Positions 9,746 through 19,863 of a stretch of DNA of 64,000 nt are shown piece after piece. The notes beneath the pieces are model-generated. The model did not search any database and had not been told where the DNA came from. It saw only the letters and a list, made by a program, of their open reading frames with translations. The number at the start of each line of letters is the position of its first letter. Positions within the stretch are counted from its first letter, which is position 1. Origin of the DNA: Acidobacteriia bacterium UBA6623 (lineage in GTDB: Bacteria; Acidobacteriota; Terriglobia; Bryobacterales; UBA6623); the NCBI GenBank assembly GCA_002433055.1, contig DJHJ01000039.1, forward strand, positions 22,080 through 86,079. The letters are read 5' to 3'. Position numbers and translations under genes: made by a program.

Positions 9746-10870
9746 TCACTGAGTAGATGAGCTACCTTTCTGTGTCTTGATAGCTTGACCCCCTAAGTAA
9801 AAAGTGAACGCAGTTGGTTTCTGTGAGTCATCGAGATCAAAAATAATTTTCCCAGCAGTCCAACGCAACGTGAACTCGGTTTTCGAGTGTGCCAATAGAT
9901 CGAGTTTACTGACGCCAAGAATTCGCAAAAACAACTGTGACCCTTCACGAGTGATAACGAAGGGATGCTCACTCTCTCCGTAGTAGTCTCCAACATAGCC
10001 CTCAAGAACACTTTCACCCATAGTCACCAGCGGCTTAGTATCGTCATTTGTCGGTCCAGGGCGAGTCCATTCATCTAGTTTCCGAACCCAAACGTTGCGA
10101 TATCGAACTGGGTTTCCATGGTCTTGGAACGCTAGTGGCAACTGATCAGGATGTGACCGATAGGGGTGGTTTTGCAACCAGCTCGTAGGGCCCCAAATTT
10201 CCTCATTGTCTTGCACGAGTATGCCATTATGAAGAACTGTCATCAGGCCAGGCTTGCTGACCGTGCCATCGCGCTTGAAACGTGGTCGGCGAAAAAAAAT
10301 GTCATAACTCTGCCATTCACCAGGACCACGACTAGCATTACTCAAAGGTGGATACTGACCATATATGGCCGCCGCCTGACCATCAGCGTAGGTGCGATTA
10401 TTATATGAATCAAGCACTTGCACCTCGTAGAGTCCCATAAGGAAGACCCCACTGTTTCCACGTCCTTGACTATCTCCCTCAACCTTGGCAGGGGTAGCCC
10501 ATTCGACGTGTAACTGGATATCGCCAAAAGAATCGCGAGAATAAATGAATCCTGCACCATCAACTGACTCCATGCAACCATCTTGGATAATCCATCGTGA
10601 AGGAGAGTTGTCAACCGCCCTCCACTTCGAAAGATCAACACCATCAAATAACACTATTGCATCTGAGGGTGGAGGGAATGGCAACACTAAATTCGACGAA
10701 ACTACTGATGGAGTTGCACGCTTCATGTCATGAGCCTTCCACCGTGCTAGGTTTTGAGCAATGGAGATGTCAACGCAAAACAACAGACTTGCAAAAGCAA
10801 TCTTCAAAGAACAAAGCAATAAGGCTATACAGTTTGAATTGCAATTCAGTAAAAGTTTCATTCGAGACAC
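9746..10870 (-). CDS. secreted DUF1080 (3-keto-disaccharide hydrolase-like) protein with extra C-terminal domain
   Basis: RWIIQDGCMESV ... FGDIQLHVEW ... GNSGVFLMGLYEVQVLDS ... GEWQSYDIFF are classic DUF1080 motifs. Hydrophobic N-terminus. Confidence 0.75.
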   Translation of the reverse strand: MSRMKLLLNCNSNCIALLLCSLKIAFASLLFCVDISIAQNLARWKAHDMKRATPSVVSSNLVLPFPPPSDAIVLFDGVDLSKWRAVDNSPSRWIIQDGCMESVDGAGFIYSRDSFGDIQLHVEWATPAKVEGDSQGRGNSGVFLMGLYEVQVLDSYNNRTYADGQAAAIYGQYPPLSNASRGPGEWQSYDIFFRRPRFKRDGTVSKPGLMTVLHNGILVQDNEEIWGPTSWLQNHPYRSHPDQLPLAFQDHGNPVRYRNVWVRKLDEWTRPGPTNDDTKPLVTMGESVLEGYVGDYYGESEHPFVITREGSQLFLRILGVSKLDLLAHSKTEFTLRWTAGKIIFDLDDSQKPTAFTFYLGGQAIKTQKGSSSTQ

Positions 10871-11026
10871 CCCTGATGTAACCGATGTGAACCGTGAAGC
10901 TATTAACTACACTCGCAAGATTGTACCGCCCGTAGTAATTAGAAGGAAAGCTCTGCGAATCACAATTTATGACGTATTATTATCTACCAGATCGAGTTTG
11001 GCCGAATAGGTCACACAAAGCCGAAC

Positions 11027-11503
11027 ATGGAGGAGACAATGGCCACAGACGTTATTACAGAACTTCACCAACTACGCGAACTCGTGGGACAAGAGATCGG
11101 TGTCACGGGCTGGAGAACACTAAGTCAAAAGCGTATAAACGATTTTTCTGAAGCCACTGGAGATTGTCAATGGATTCATTTAGATATGGAACGCGCTTTG
11201 ACAGAGTCTCCATATGGGACAACCATAGCTCACGGGTTTTTAGGCCTTTCACTGATCACAGGGTTTGTTAAGGACTTAGTAAATATCACTGCCGAGTTTA
11301 GTCATGGTATTAACTATGGCCTCAATCACGTTCGTTTCCCTGCGCCCATCCCAGCAGGGTCAAAAATTCGTGCTAGGGTTGGCCTACAATCGCTCGAGGA
11401 AATCGAGAGCGGCATCCAGTTTGTCTGGATAGTTACAGTGGAAACTGAAAAGGCTGAAAAACCAAGTGTGGTTGCCGAGTGGGTAACTCGATCCTATCGG
11501 TAA
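11027..11503 (+). CDS. MaoC-like (R)-hydratase / hot-dog fold dehydratase
   Basis: 158 aa. INDFSEATGDCQWIHLD ... ESPYGTTIAHGFL is the MaoC dehydratase motif. Confidence 0.8.
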   Translation: MEETMATDVITELHQLRELVGQEIGVTGWRTLSQKRINDFSEATGDCQWIHLDMERALTESPYGTTIAHGFLGLSLITGFVKDLVNITAEFSHGINYGLNHVRFPAPIPAGSKIRARVGLQSLEEIESGIQFVWIVTVETEKAEKPSVVAEWVTRSYR

Positions 11504-11579
11504 AGATCTCAAACTGGGCCAGGAAAACACGTGGGCAAACCCGCACGTACAGTCACCACAACTAAAAAAACTGCCTGGG

Positions 11580-12074
11580 CTACTGACCATCTTTTGCCGT
11601 CAACACATCAGCACCGGCTTGAGCGATCATTCCATCTTGTTGTGCCGTCACTCCACTGACTCCAATAGCACCTAAGACATCATCGCCAGACTTAAGCGGA
11701 ATACCACCTTCGAATGGCAACGCACCGGGTAAGGCTAAAAGAGCTGTTGCTCCTTTGGCTAAGGCATCACCAAAAACCTTGGTGGGGCGGCGATAAGAAA
11801 CCGCTGCCTCGGCCTTTTTGATCGCAACTTCGATACTTCCAATTTGCGTCCCGTCCATACGCTCCAAGTAGAGTAAATTTCCTCCGTCATCAAGAATAGC
11901 GATCACAACGTTCCACTGATTCTTAACAGCATGGGCTTCCGCAGCTGCAGCTACCTCTTTAGCAACAGAAAGAGTCAAAACTTTTTTCGTTGCCAATTCA
12001 GCAGTCGATGCAACTAGCGATATAGCTAGGGATGCAATTACTAAACGACCACACTGTCCTATTGTTTTTTTCAT
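11580..12074 (-). CDS. GlcG/HbpS-like (DUF336) haem-binding family protein, secreted
   Basis: Start chosen at MKKTIGQCGRLVIASLAISL (signal peptide). Core AILDDGGNLLYLERMDG ... GGIPL ... GAIGVSGVTAQQD is typical of GlcG/DUF336. Confidence 0.75.
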   Translation of the reverse strand: MKKTIGQCGRLVIASLAISLVASTAELATKKVLTLSVAKEVAAAAEAHAVKNQWNVVIAILDDGGNLLYLERMDGTQIGSIEVAIKKAEAAVSYRRPTKVFGDALAKGATALLALPGALPFEGGIPLKSGDDVLGAIGVSGVTAQQDGMIAQAGADVLTAKDGQ

Positions 12075-12222
12075 TGGACTGCCCCTTATTTTGAAATAAC
12101 CCACCGTAATGGTCTCAGCTGAGTCCACACATGTTAACAAAACCCGAAACAGGCGTTGCCGATTTGGCACAACTATAGAAGAAACGTGCCTAATTACAAT
12201 CCTGAAATACTACAAAACTTCA

Positions 12223-12927
12223 TTAACTCGCTACCATCAACCGCCCAAAAATTTCTCCGAAAGAATCTACCAGTAGCATCTTGACCTTTTCAAAATCAGG
12301 AGCTTTACCCGTTAACTGTGCTACGGAAGTCACTGGTTTATCTATACCGCAAGGAACGATATAGTCAAAATGTTTGAGCTCCGGTGAAAGATTAAGAGCA
12401 AAGCCGTGTGATGTCACCCAGCGACTTATATGGACACCAATTGCACCCAGTTTTGCACCATCTACCCAGCATCCTGTACATCCATTCAATCTCTCTGCCC
12501 TCACACCTAAAGGTTTGACAGATTCTATCATCACTTGTTCCAGAGCTCGCAGGTACTTAACAACATCGCGCTTCCAGTAGCGCAGATCAAGAATGGGGTA
12601 ACCGACAATCTGGCCCGGCCCATGGTAAGTAACATCTCCACCACGATCGCTGGCATGTACTTCTATCCCACAACGGGCAAGATCCGCTGCGGGAAGTAAC
12701 ACATTGTGACTATGAGCATTGCGACCCAAAGTGATAACTGAAGTATGTTCAACAAGAAGCAATTGGTCGGGGATTGCCCCTTCTTTACGTTGTGCAACAA
12801 GATCCTGCTGTAGTTCGAAAGCAGATCTGTAGCAAACTCGGCCTAGGTCTCTGTATTCACATGGAGGTTTGTTGGATTCCCCCTGCAGTATCGAGGAATT
12901 TTGTGGCGAAGTAGAAGGAGTAATCAT
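12223..12927 (-). CDS. lipB: lipoyl(octanoyl) transferase
   Basis: LLLVEHTSVITLGRN ... RGGDVTYHGPGQIVGYPILDL are LipB motifs. Confidence 0.9.
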   Translation of the reverse strand: MITPSTSPQNSSILQGESNKPPCEYRDLGRVCYRSAFELQQDLVAQRKEGAIPDQLLLVEHTSVITLGRNAHSHNVLLPAADLARCGIEVHASDRGGDVTYHGPGQIVGYPILDLRYWKRDVVKYLRALEQVMIESVKPLGVRAERLNGCTGCWVDGAKLGAIGVHISRWVTSHGFALNLSPELKHFDYIVPCGIDKPVTSVAQLTGKAPDFEKVKMLLVDSFGEIFGRLMVAS

Positions 12928-12943
12928 AAAGTCAGCTAGACAC

Positions 12944-14338
12944 TTAAGAGTTAATCGTCATGCCGTACACACCCTGGAAAGCTTCTTGCACGGCTTCAGA
13001 GAGTGTCGGATGTGAGTGAATTGTCCGTGCTATTGAGTCTGCAGTCGCTTCTGAACTCATCGCAACTACGGCTTCGGAAATCAGTTCCGTTGCCTGAGGT
13101 CCAATTATGTGAACACCAAGTATCTCTTCAGTTTCTTCTTCAGCAATAACTTTTACAAATCCATCATGACGGCCAAGAATCGATGATTTACTATTTCCTC
13201 GGAAAGAAAATTTTCCTACCTTGACCGCGTAACCCATCTTGCGTGCAACGGCTTCAGTGAATCCAACGCTACCTATCTGTGGTTCGCAGTAAGTAGCCGC
13301 TGGACTATGGTGGCGATTGATCGGTTCAACGTCTTGCCCGGCAATGCGCGTTGCCGCTACAATCCCCTCCATCGAAGCAACATGGGCAAGCTGTGGCGTG
13401 TCTGCAACGATGTCCCCAATAGCGTACACACCCTGTTCAGCAGTTTGCATGTAACTATCTGTTTTGATAAAGCCTTTTTCTGTCTGTATGGAAGTGTTTT
13501 CCAAGCCAATTTTTTCAGTATTAGGTGTCCGCCCTACAGCTAGAAGCACTTTCTCTGCACTCATTTGTTGTGCGTCATTACCTTCAGCAGTAAAGTTGAT
13601 CGCAACACCATCGGATGCTTGCTCCACACTATCAATAACTGCGCCTGTGTGAATCTGGATATTTCGTCGAAGGAAAGCTCGTGCAAGTTCTTTAGAAATT
13701 TCTTCGTCTTCAAGTGGAACAAGCCGTGGGAGCGCTTCTAGTATTGTTACGTCAGAACCGAAACTACGATAGATTGAGGCAAATTCTACGCCGACAGCAC
13801 CCGCCCCTACAATCGCCAGAGACTTCGGAATCGTTTCAAGGTTTAGAATTTCAACATTGGTCAGCAAACATCCACTCGGTAGGTTGATTCCTGGAAGTCG
13901 TTTTGCTTCGGATCCGGTGGCCAATACGATGTTATCTGCTTTCAGCTCATGTCTTTCGTCTGTACTCTCAACTTCCACTCTTCCGTCACCCATGAGCCTT
14001 CCAAAACCAGCAATGCTTTCGATCTTGTTTTTTCGGAAAAGAAGTTGAATGCCTCGAGCATGGCCCTCAATAATTTGTCGCTTGCGTTGTTGCATTAGAG
14101 AAAAATCAAGGGTGACCTCTTTAGTGTTGATGCCGATATGCTTCCCGTTGACAACAGTCTCGTAGGAATCCGCAAAATGCAATAGTGCTTTCGTTGGGAT
14201 ACAGCCAACGTGTAGACAAGTTCCACCAAAAGCTGCAGCTCTCTCAACCACAGCAACTTTGCAGCCATACTGGGCTGCACGGATCGCAGCAACATATCCG
14301 CCAGGACCACTGCCAATAATGATGACATCGTACGTCAT
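12944..14338 (-). CDS. lpdA: dihydrolipoyl dehydrogenase (E3)
   Basis: Start taken at MTYDVIIIGSGPGGY (FAD-binding GxGxxG). Redox disulfide GGTCLHVGCIPTKAL and C-terminal HSHPTLSE interface motif are present. Confidence 0.9.
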   Translation of the reverse strand: MTYDVIIIGSGPGGYVAAIRAAQYGCKVAVVERAAAFGGTCLHVGCIPTKALLHFADSYETVVNGKHIGINTKEVTLDFSLMQQRKRQIIEGHARGIQLLFRKNKIESIAGFGRLMGDGRVEVESTDERHELKADNIVLATGSEAKRLPGINLPSGCLLTNVEILNLETIPKSLAIVGAGAVGVEFASIYRSFGSDVTILEALPRLVPLEDEEISKELARAFLRRNIQIHTGAVIDSVEQASDGVAINFTAEGNDAQQMSAEKVLLAVGRTPNTEKIGLENTSIQTEKGFIKTDSYMQTAEQGVYAIGDIVADTPQLAHVASMEGIVAATRIAGQDVEPINRHHSPAATYCEPQIGSVGFTEAVARKMGYAVKVGKFSFRGNSKSSILGRHDGFVKVIAEEETEEILGVHIIGPQATELISEAVVAMSSEATADSIARTIHSHPTLSEAVQEAFQGVYGMTINS

Positions 14339-14648
14339 AAACCCAACCAGTCTATCAAAGCCGAAAGATTGTTCCTGAGTACAGGAAGAGATCATTCACA
14401 TATGTAAAGACAATATCGTTTTGTCCACATTTAACTGCACTAGTCCCACGGGTAGAAAATACCGAGGCAATGAGCAACCATCCAAAACCCTTGGTATTCT
14501 TAGGGTTTCCATATCGATTAAATCGCATCTAGCTGCTTCTAGGGTTACTTCATTGGCTCAAAGGTGCCACTTTATAATCACTTCCAGCTAAAGTATGGTC
14601 TTTCTTTTTTAAAATATCGAGTAATTTTTATCGAACCTATTCCTTACA

Positions 14649-15092
14649 ATGCCCCTTGAAGTTCACTACACAAGTTCAGCCCAAGCAACGACAGAGTTGG
14701 GACACCGGCTGGCCGCCAAAATACGAATTCCAGAAGTCATTTTATTGGTAGGAGATCTCGGCAGTGGCAAAACGACCTTGGCAAAGGGCATCATTCAAGG
14801 CCTAGGGGTCGCCAATCCCGAAGACGTTCTGAGTCCTACATTCTCGTTGATTCACGAGTACGAAGGTCCACCGAAGGTGTATCACATTGACCTCTATCGA
14901 CTCGACCATGTGCCTCAAATCGAAACACTTGGCCTCGAAGATTTATGGGACAAACCAGCCATAGTGCTGATCGAATGGGGAGAAAAGTTCACTCATCTCT
15001 TTCCTTCGACGAGAAAGATGATAAAAATATTCGACCGTGGTGAAGATCTACGTGAAATTCAGATAGGATCGCCGAGAGCGGAAACCCCTTAA
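14649..15092 (+). CDS. tsaE: tRNA t6A37 biosynthesis ATPase TsaE
   Basis: 147 aa with P-loop LVGDLGSGKTTLAKG followed by SPTFSLIHEY, as in YjeE/TsaE. Confidence 0.9.
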   Translation: MPLEVHYTSSAQATTELGHRLAAKIRIPEVILLVGDLGSGKTTLAKGIIQGLGVANPEDVLSPTFSLIHEYEGPPKVYHIDLYRLDHVPQIETLGLEDLWDKPAIVLIEWGEKFTHLFPSTRKMIKIFDRGEDLREIQIGSPRAETP

Positions 15093-15147
15093 AACACTCT
15101 CTGCATCAACTATTCCACTCTTGTGATAGTATGACCCTACACTGTCA

Positions 15148-16488
15148 GTGGGAGAACTCTACTTGTCAAAAAGGGCATTTTTTCTTGTTATGGCCGCTTT
15201 TCACTGCGTCATGCTACCGCTGGCCGGCGAACCTGCCAAGAATTGGCCACAGTGGCGCGGTGCGCATCAAAATGGCACAAGCACCACAGCCAGAAATCTT
15301 CCTGTGAACTGGAGCGAGACAGAGAATGTCCAATGGCGTGTTCGGTTGCCTAGCTGGAGTGCAGCAACACCAATTATTTGGGAAAACACAGTTCTAGTTA
15401 CATCCGCGGAGGAGGGGTTCGACGCCATCAGAGGACAAACCGGCCGTCAAAATAGATCCGGAAAACGAGACAAACTGCTGCTCCTAGCTATCAACCGTGA
15501 AAACGGATCCGTCCTTTGGCAACGTGAAATTGGGTCTGGTAATCGCCGCTATCGTAAACAAAACCTTGCCTCTCCTTCGCCCGCAACCGATGGTGAACAC
15601 ATATGGGTGTTGACGGGATCAGGCTTTCTGACATGCTTTGATTTTTCGGGAAAGAAACTCTGGCAACGGCAGATCCAAAAGGATTATGGGCGCTTTGGAC
15701 TCAACCATGGGTACGCGTCATCTCCGTTACTACACAACAACCATCTGTACATCCAGGTTCTCCATGGAATGACGACCGATGATCCTTCCTATGTGTTCGC
15801 TGTTGACAAAACAACAGGAGAGACTCTTTGGAAAACCAACCGGTGGACAGATGCCAATCACGAATCTCCAGATGATTACTCCACTCCTCTGATTCAGAAA
15901 GTCGGCGCAAGAAAGCAATTACTTGTATCCGGCGGCGATTACGTAACTGGCCATGATCTAGGTAACGGTAAAGAACTATGGAGAATGGGTGGATTTAATC
16001 CGGGCAAGCAGTCCTTTTACCGTACTATTGCTTCGTCGATTTTCCTTGATGGTACGGTGTACACATCTAGCACTCGTGGGCGGCCTTTTATTGCTTTCAA
16101 GCCCGGTCACGGCAAACTGGGATCAGAAAATATCTTGTGGAAAAATAATCTCGGGGCAGATGTTCCATCCCCAACAACCGATGGCCAACTTATTTACATC
16201 TTGGGTGACAAAGGTATCATGGTGGCACTCGACGCAAAATCAGGAGAAATCGTTTGGGACCGGATACGAATCGAGCCTGGGATTTACAGTGCATCGCCAA
16301 CACTCGCTGATGGAAAAATATATGCCGCCAGTGAAGACGGAACGGTATCGGTTTTACAGGCAGGCCGAAAATTCAAGGTATTGGCAGTCAACAAGTTTGA
16401 CAGCCACACACTGGCCAGCCCGGCAGCAGTCGGCAACCAGCTATTCATACGCACCGCCGAACATTTGTACTGTCTGGCCAGACGATAA
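15148..16488 (+). CDS. PQQ-like beta-propeller repeat protein (BamB-like fold), secreted
   Basis: 446 aa with a signal-like N-terminus and repeated G-x-L/V-W motifs (NGSVLWQREI, GKKLWQRQI, GETLWKTN, GKELWRMG, GEIVWDR) typical of PQQ/WD-like propellers. Confidence 0.75.
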   Translation: MGELYLSKRAFFLVMAAFHCVMLPLAGEPAKNWPQWRGAHQNGTSTTARNLPVNWSETENVQWRVRLPSWSAATPIIWENTVLVTSAEEGFDAIRGQTGRQNRSGKRDKLLLLAINRENGSVLWQREIGSGNRRYRKQNLASPSPATDGEHIWVLTGSGFLTCFDFSGKKLWQRQIQKDYGRFGLNHGYASSPLLHNNHLYIQVLHGMTTDDPSYVFAVDKTTGETLWKTNRWTDANHESPDDYSTPLIQKVGARKQLLVSGGDYVTGHDLGNGKELWRMGGFNPGKQSFYRTIASSIFLDGTVYTSSTRGRPFIAFKPGHGKLGSENILWKNNLGADVPSPTTDGQLIYILGDKGIMVALDAKSGEIVWDRIRIEPGIYSASPTLADGKIYAASEDGTVSVLQAGRKFKVLAVNKFDSHTLASPAAVGNQLFIRTAEHLYCLARR

Positions 16489-16553
16489 ACTACATCTTCA
16501 CACTATCGACTAATAGGATCGAGTTTGATTAACTACTAGGCTGGAGTAAACCT

Positions 16554-16796
16554 ATGACAGAAAACCGCTTAGGGGATATTGTCGACGACTACTGCTCAAA
16601 ATGCACCCTGCTGACGAACCATGCTGTGGTGGCCCTTGTGGACGATATCCCAGAGAGAGTTCGTTGCCGCACTTGCTATTACGAACATAAGTATCGTCAC
16701 GGAAAAATGGGAACAAAAAAGCGGTCATCCAATAAAAAATCTGACCTGTTCAATGAAGTCCTTGCCAAGATAACCGGCGGGGAAGTATATACTTGA
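16554..16796 (+). CDS. small zinc-ribbon protein (hypothetical)
   Basis: 80-aa ORF with an ATG start, CSKC-x21-CRTC and a basic tail. No family recognised. Confidence 0.45.
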   Translation: MTENRLGDIVDDYCSKCTLLTNHAVVALVDDIPERVRCRTCYYEHKYRHGKMGTKKRSSNKKSDLFNEVLAKITGGEVYT

Positions 16797-16903
16797 GTTG
16801 ACTTAGATAAAAACCTCCAGAAGATGCTGTAAAGCGTGCACGACCGGAGCCCATCACAGACATATCGAACCTAACAAAGCTGAAACCTAGAATCGCAAGT
16901 TAC

Positions 16904-18577
16904 TCAGATCCCAGTGATTTTCAGTATTTTTGTCTCTCTTGTAATGTTACTTATCAAATTGTCTCCAGAAATAAGACGGCCGAAATTCGTGTACCGTCCG
17001 TCAAACTCAGGTATATCTGCAAGAGCAATAAAAAAACGATACCCCCCAGTGTCTTTTGGATCGGCAAACATTCCCAAACTTCCACGAGTGAAGAATTCTG
17101 TATTGACTTCACACCTAACTCTGTCTGGAAATCGGGCTTGGAATAGTGGCCGAGCCGCCCTGAATTCAACAACTAGTGTAGGATGCACTGCAACAAAACG
17201 CTGTGACTCAAACGCGCCTTGCCGAACCAGATTGAGAAAGTGTTCAGCTGTAAGACGCGCTTTATCATAATGAACAATAAGTTCAAATACTCCAATCGTT
17301 GTGTGAACCATCAATCGACGATTTAACTCGCGAGAAATACGCTGGTAATCATCTGATTCAAATCTCGGCTGCGAAGACTTGCTATCTGGATTTGCAGAGG
17401 ATCTGCCATCGAAGTTTTTAAGTTTTCGGAAGAGATCCTGTGCTCTTGGAGAGCCTAAAATACTCAGTGCTCGCAGAAAACTTTCCTTCCCGGCATCACT
17501 TTGATATTCAGGTGGAAATCCCGTAAAACCAGTGAAGTAGTCATCGTCATTGTCAGCCAATTGGGCCGTCGTCTCCTCAGCTGCATAGGACAGCGGATCG
17601 GACTGGAATCGCAGTGATCGAACAAGCTGTAATGAATTTCGGTCGCCTCGTGCACCCAGTGCTCGAACTGCGGCGATGCGAACGTTAATATTCGCGTCTT
17701 GCAGACCGGCAGCTATCTCGACTTCTGTGCCCGAAGGTCTCAATAAACCGAGAGTAGTATAGGCCTGAATTCGCGCTTGTGTATTACGGTCTTTGGTAGC
17801 AGCAAAAACAGCCCGCAGAACCCCTGGAGTGGACTTGGCTCGAGCTAACGCCTTTAGTGAAACGACACGCACTGCCGCATTACGATCTCGGGAACGTTCG
17901 ATCAGTTTTTTTGTAAGTCTCTTGTCGAAGTCGATTTCAAGACGATCCAGAGCATCGACGGCAGCTCGACGGACATCTTGGTCGTCAGATCGTAATAATT
18001 CAACGATCCACGGTGCTGACTCTTTGGCTTGCATGCGAACCAACGCAGCAAGAGTAATCGGAAGCGGTGCAGTAGTTCTCAGCAACATCTCGAACTGTTT
18101 CGGTCGACCCAGCTTTCCCAATGCTTCGACTGCATAAGAAACAACAACTCGTTCCGTATCACTCAGCAAGTCGTATAGCACTTGGAAGGCTTCAGGGTGT
18201 GATTTTCGGTTCATCTTGGTCAGAACTGTGGAATCGTCTATTTGGCCGATCGCGAATGCCGCCATAGCACGTACACGAGGACTCGGATCTGTAGTGCCAG
18301 CTATCACCAATTCAAGAGCTTGAGGATTACCAATACGACTAAGTGCGAGCATTGCACGACGACGAGTATCGCCAACGGGCGAAACTGCTTTATCTCTCAA
18401 CCACTCATCAATTTGACGTTTATCTTCTCGTTCCAAAAAGTCACTTTCGATACGATAAACCGGCCTCGTAAGCAACAGCCAAACTGCCGCAGATCCCAGC
18501 AGTAACATGCACACTGCAAGTATGCGCAGTTCAAAACGTTTTACGGTTTCTATCAACCCGCAATGGTAACAGAGCAA
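16904..18577 (-). CDS. membrane-anchored HEAT-repeat protein fused to a C-terminal cyclophilin-like domain
   Basis: N-terminal TM helix ILAVCMLLLGSAAVWLLL. About 300 aa of HEAT/PBS-lyase-like repeats (RRRAMLALSRIGN, VRAMAAFAIGQI, VRRAAVDALDRL, VRVVSLKALARA, VRIAAVRALGARGD). C-terminal GSLGMFADP...YRFFIALADIPEFDGRYTNFGRLISG matches cyclophilin-type PPIase motifs. The start is a TTG, so it is uncertain. Confidence 0.75.
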   Translation of the reverse strand: MLCYHCGLIETVKRFELRILAVCMLLLGSAAVWLLLTRPVYRIESDFLEREDKRQIDEWLRDKAVSPVGDTRRRAMLALSRIGNPQALELVIAGTTDPSPRVRAMAAFAIGQIDDSTVLTKMNRKSHPEAFQVLYDLLSDTERVVVSYAVEALGKLGRPKQFEMLLRTTAPLPITLAALVRMQAKESAPWIVELLRSDDQDVRRAAVDALDRLEIDFDKRLTKKLIERSRDRNAAVRVVSLKALARAKSTPGVLRAVFAATKDRNTQARIQAYTTLGLLRPSGTEVEIAAGLQDANINVRIAAVRALGARGDRNSLQLVRSLRFQSDPLSYAAEETTAQLADNDDDYFTGFTGFPPEYQSDAGKESFLRALSILGSPRAQDLFRKLKNFDGRSSANPDSKSSQPRFESDDYQRISRELNRRLMVHTTIGVFELIVHYDKARLTAEHFLNLVRQGAFESQRFVAVHPTLVVEFRAARPLFQARFPDRVRCEVNTEFFTRGSLGMFADPKDTGGYRFFIALADIPEFDGRYTNFGRLISGDNLISNITRETKILKITGI

Positions 18578-18642
18578 AGATTGTTGCTGGCTCTACACAA
18601 TGCCAATATCATCGAAGAAATCACTAATAAGTCTTGGTGTGA

Positions 18643-19863
18643 TTAGTCGTCTTTCTCTGCGTGACGGGATGAATGTGTAGCAATATGGGCGATCATGCGT
18701 TCGATCGCGACAGGAAGGTCCCGTGGACGACGAACTTTATAGCGTTTTCCGCCAAGCGCCTTGACTGAGTTTCCTAAAAGTCCCCTAAAGTCAGCTCGAT
18801 TGGCAGGATACAAATGAAATACCGGCGTTGTATTCTGTCGCAATGCCCCGAGAGCTTTTTTATCAATCCTTTTTCCAAAATTAAGATCCCAACCCACAAA
18901 GACGAAAGCATCAGCAGTCTCATCTTTAAGTATCGTTTCCATAAGGAGGTGTTCAAAAAAGATCTGTTCCTTCTTTTTGCCGAGCTCCTTGAAAGTAACC
19001 GTGCCCGGAGTAAGGCGCTCGAGGGTTTTTCCAAGCGCTGGAAAATCAATAGTTCCCTCATAAGCTTGCTCAAACAAAACCTGTTGGTCGTCGAGACTGA
19101 AAGCAACAACAGAGAATTCTGCTAACTCGGAGTGGCGTGTCATCATACGCAGAACGGAAACAACTGGTGCATACCGCGCCAATGGAACAGTAACACGACG
19201 GCCACTGCGAACATCCATATTGACTAGAAGCTTCACACGGAGCATCTTGCCAGTTTGGTCAGGTGGAGTTGGCGTTTCTTTACGAAATAGATAGACAAGT
19301 GAAGGAGCGATCTCACCAGGTGCAAGAGTTAGATCAATACTACGATCCTTGCCTGACCTTCTCGTATCAACCCTCCAACGAGTTTCACAAAAGCGCCCAA
19401 AATCGTCCTGGAGGTGCCATAGCACATCGTACACACCCTCACCCATCGCAAACGAACCTCTGAACCGCATTGACCCACGGTGATCTTGATCGGGCACAGT
19501 AACTCGAAAGCTACGGTTGAAGTGCACTTCCGCGGCGGCCTTAGGCCGTATTGGGTTAATCGAGACCCGCAAAAAAAATCGGTTGACGGGGGCTCGGATT
19601 TCACGTGCTGGAATCTCGGCAATAAATCCAGCAAGAAACCGAAATTCAAAACTTAAAAAAGGGCGAGCGCTTCGCACACGACACGTAATCGGGTGTTCAG
19701 GGGCTGGCCATTCTTCCTGTTTCAATTGGGAGCTCGGTAAAGCGACATCAGATGACAGGTGATTGTCTTTCGTGCCTGCCTGGATACAGATTGTTACGTT
19801 CAACAGAACAACAATGGGTATTAAAAAGAAACGGAATCGAAGGTTAACACTTCGTCTCTTCAT
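18643..19863 (-). CDS. hypothetical secreted protein
   Basis: 406-aa ORF with an ATG start and signal peptide FFLIPIVVLLNVTICIQAG. No family recognised with confidence. 65 nt upstream of the HEAT-cyclophilin gene on the same strand. Confidence 0.6.
   Translation of the reverse strand: MKRRSVNLRFRFFLIPIVVLLNVTICIQAGTKDNHLSSDVALPSSQLKQEEWPAPEHPITCRVRSARPFLSFEFRFLAGFIAEIPAREIRAPVNRFFLRVSINPIRPKAAAEVHFNRSFRVTVPDQDHRGSMRFRGSFAMGEGVYDVLWHLQDDFGRFCETRWRVDTRRSGKDRSIDLTLAPGEIAPSLVYLFRKETPTPPDQTGKMLRVKLLVNMDVRSGRRVTVPLARYAPVVSVLRMMTRHSELAEFSVVAFSLDDQQVLFEQAYEGTIDFPALGKTLERLTPGTVTFKELGKKKEQIFFEHLLMETILKDETADAFVFVGWDLNFGKRIDKKALGALRQNTTPVFHLYPANRADFRGLLGNSVKALGGKRYKVRRPRDLPVAIERMIAHIATHSSRHAEKDD

Noticed and set aside
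15989-16513. 174-aa ORF in an alternative frame of the PQQ-propeller gene
   Set aside because: It is nested in the same-strand gene, which has clear repeat motifs. There is no independent support.
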